Source of the DNA: Gekko japonicus | Lineage: Eukaryota | Direction: 5' to 3' | Assembly: GCF_001447785.1 (NCBI RefSeq) | Contig: NW_015165831.1 | Span: 1,302,064-1,366,063, forward strand | Length of the DNA stretch: 64,000 bases | Made by a program: the position numbers and the translations under genes | The notes under the pieces: model-generated | Seen by the model: only the letters and a program-made list of their open reading frames with translations | What the model was told of the DNA's origin: nothing | Database searches by the model: none | Shown here: positions 63,032-64,000 of the stretch, piece after piece | How the letters are laid out: each line of letters opens with the position of its first letter | Numbering within the stretch: position 1 is the first letter of the stretch

Positions 63032-63571
63032 ACCTGGAGTACTGTGTCCAGTTTTGGGCACCACATTTTAGGAAGGATGTTGACAAGCTCGAGCGTGTCC
63101 AGAAGAGAGCAACCAGGATGGTGAGAGGGTTGGAATCTAAGTCTTATGAGGAAAGGCTGAAAGAATTGGGTATGTTTAGCTTGGGAGAGAGAAGGCTTAG
63201 AGGGGACATGATTGCAGTCTTCAAGTATTTGAAGGGCTGTCATGTAGAAGATGGAGCAGATCTATTCTCTCTTGCTCCGGATTGCAAGACTAGATCGGAT
63301 GGGTGGAAATTACAAGGGAGTCAATATCAGCTAAATATCAGGAGAAACTTCCTAACTGTAAGAGTGGTTGAGCAGTGGAACAGTCTACCTCGGGAGGTGG
63401 TGGATGCTCCTTCGCTGGACGTTTTCAAGCGGAGGCTGGACGACCATCTTTCGGGTATGTTGTAGGTATGTAGGGCTATCTTTCAGCTATGCTCCTGCAG
63501 AGTGCAGGGGGTTGGACTAGATGACCTGCAAGATACCTTCCAACTCTAACATTCTATGATTCTTTGATTCT
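63032..63571 (+). mobile_element. CR1 LINE 3' end
   Basis: LEYCVQFWAPH...SYEERLKELGMFSL..RRLRGDMI CR1 RT C-terminus; ATTCTATG tail. Confidence 0.92.
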
Positions 63572-63818
63572 AACCCGGAGTATTTTGATACCAGGTCCCC
63601 AAGTGGTGTATTCCTGATTCTCCGGTTCCAGCCGCATTTTCCCCCTGTGTGATCGCTCCTCCGGTGTTGAGCCACTTCTGATTTAAACCCCTTCCCCGCT
63701 CGAAAGCTGCCCGAGGCTTCCGCTTTTCGCCCATTTTTTAAAAAGCGTTGGCGGTGTGCGCATAGGTGGAGGTCCACCACAGGGTTATTAAAAACAATGT
63801 TTAGATGGTGCTTAGTTT

Positions 63819-63979
63819 TAGCGTTCCGTGCGCCTTGGTGTTTAGTCATGCCAGCCACATGACCACGGAAACGTCTTCGGACAGCGCTGGCTCTTCGGCT
63901 TTGAAACGGAGATGAGCACCGCAACCCTAGAGTCGGCTTCGACTGGCTTTCGAGCAAGGGAACCTTTACCTTTACCTTT
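63819..63979 (+). mobile_element. Sauria SINE 3' fragment
   Basis: Matches the 3' half, with (ACCTTT)n tail. Confidence 0.85.
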
Positions 63980-64000
63980 CGTTTTAGCCTTTAGACAAGT

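Overview
Repeat-rich vertebrate genomic DNA, almost certainly a squamate reptile and probably a gecko (Sauria SINE, BovB/RTE, Squam3-like and 5S-derived SINEs, CR1, Penelope remnants, many hAT MITEs), with four N gaps. Supported protein-coding genes: two tandem, previously unobvious two-exon minus-strand genes encoding small single-pass membrane proteins that resemble the mammalian spermatid protein FAM209 (18290-21376 and 25353-26855); an RBM4/RBM14/lark-family two-RRM gene lacking the zinc knuckle, with its CDS in one exon (42330-43283); complete ARL2 (5 exons, intron 1 is U12-type); and the first two exons of SNX15. A decayed Gypsy LTR retrotransposon (33380-39196) carries nested insertions. 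The most interesting signals are the FAM209-like pair with a shared CRE-like promoter motif, the divergent RBM4 paralog, minimal hammerhead ribozyme cores in Penelope remnants, and two long spacerless palindromes. Comparisons to known proteins are from memory, not from database searches.
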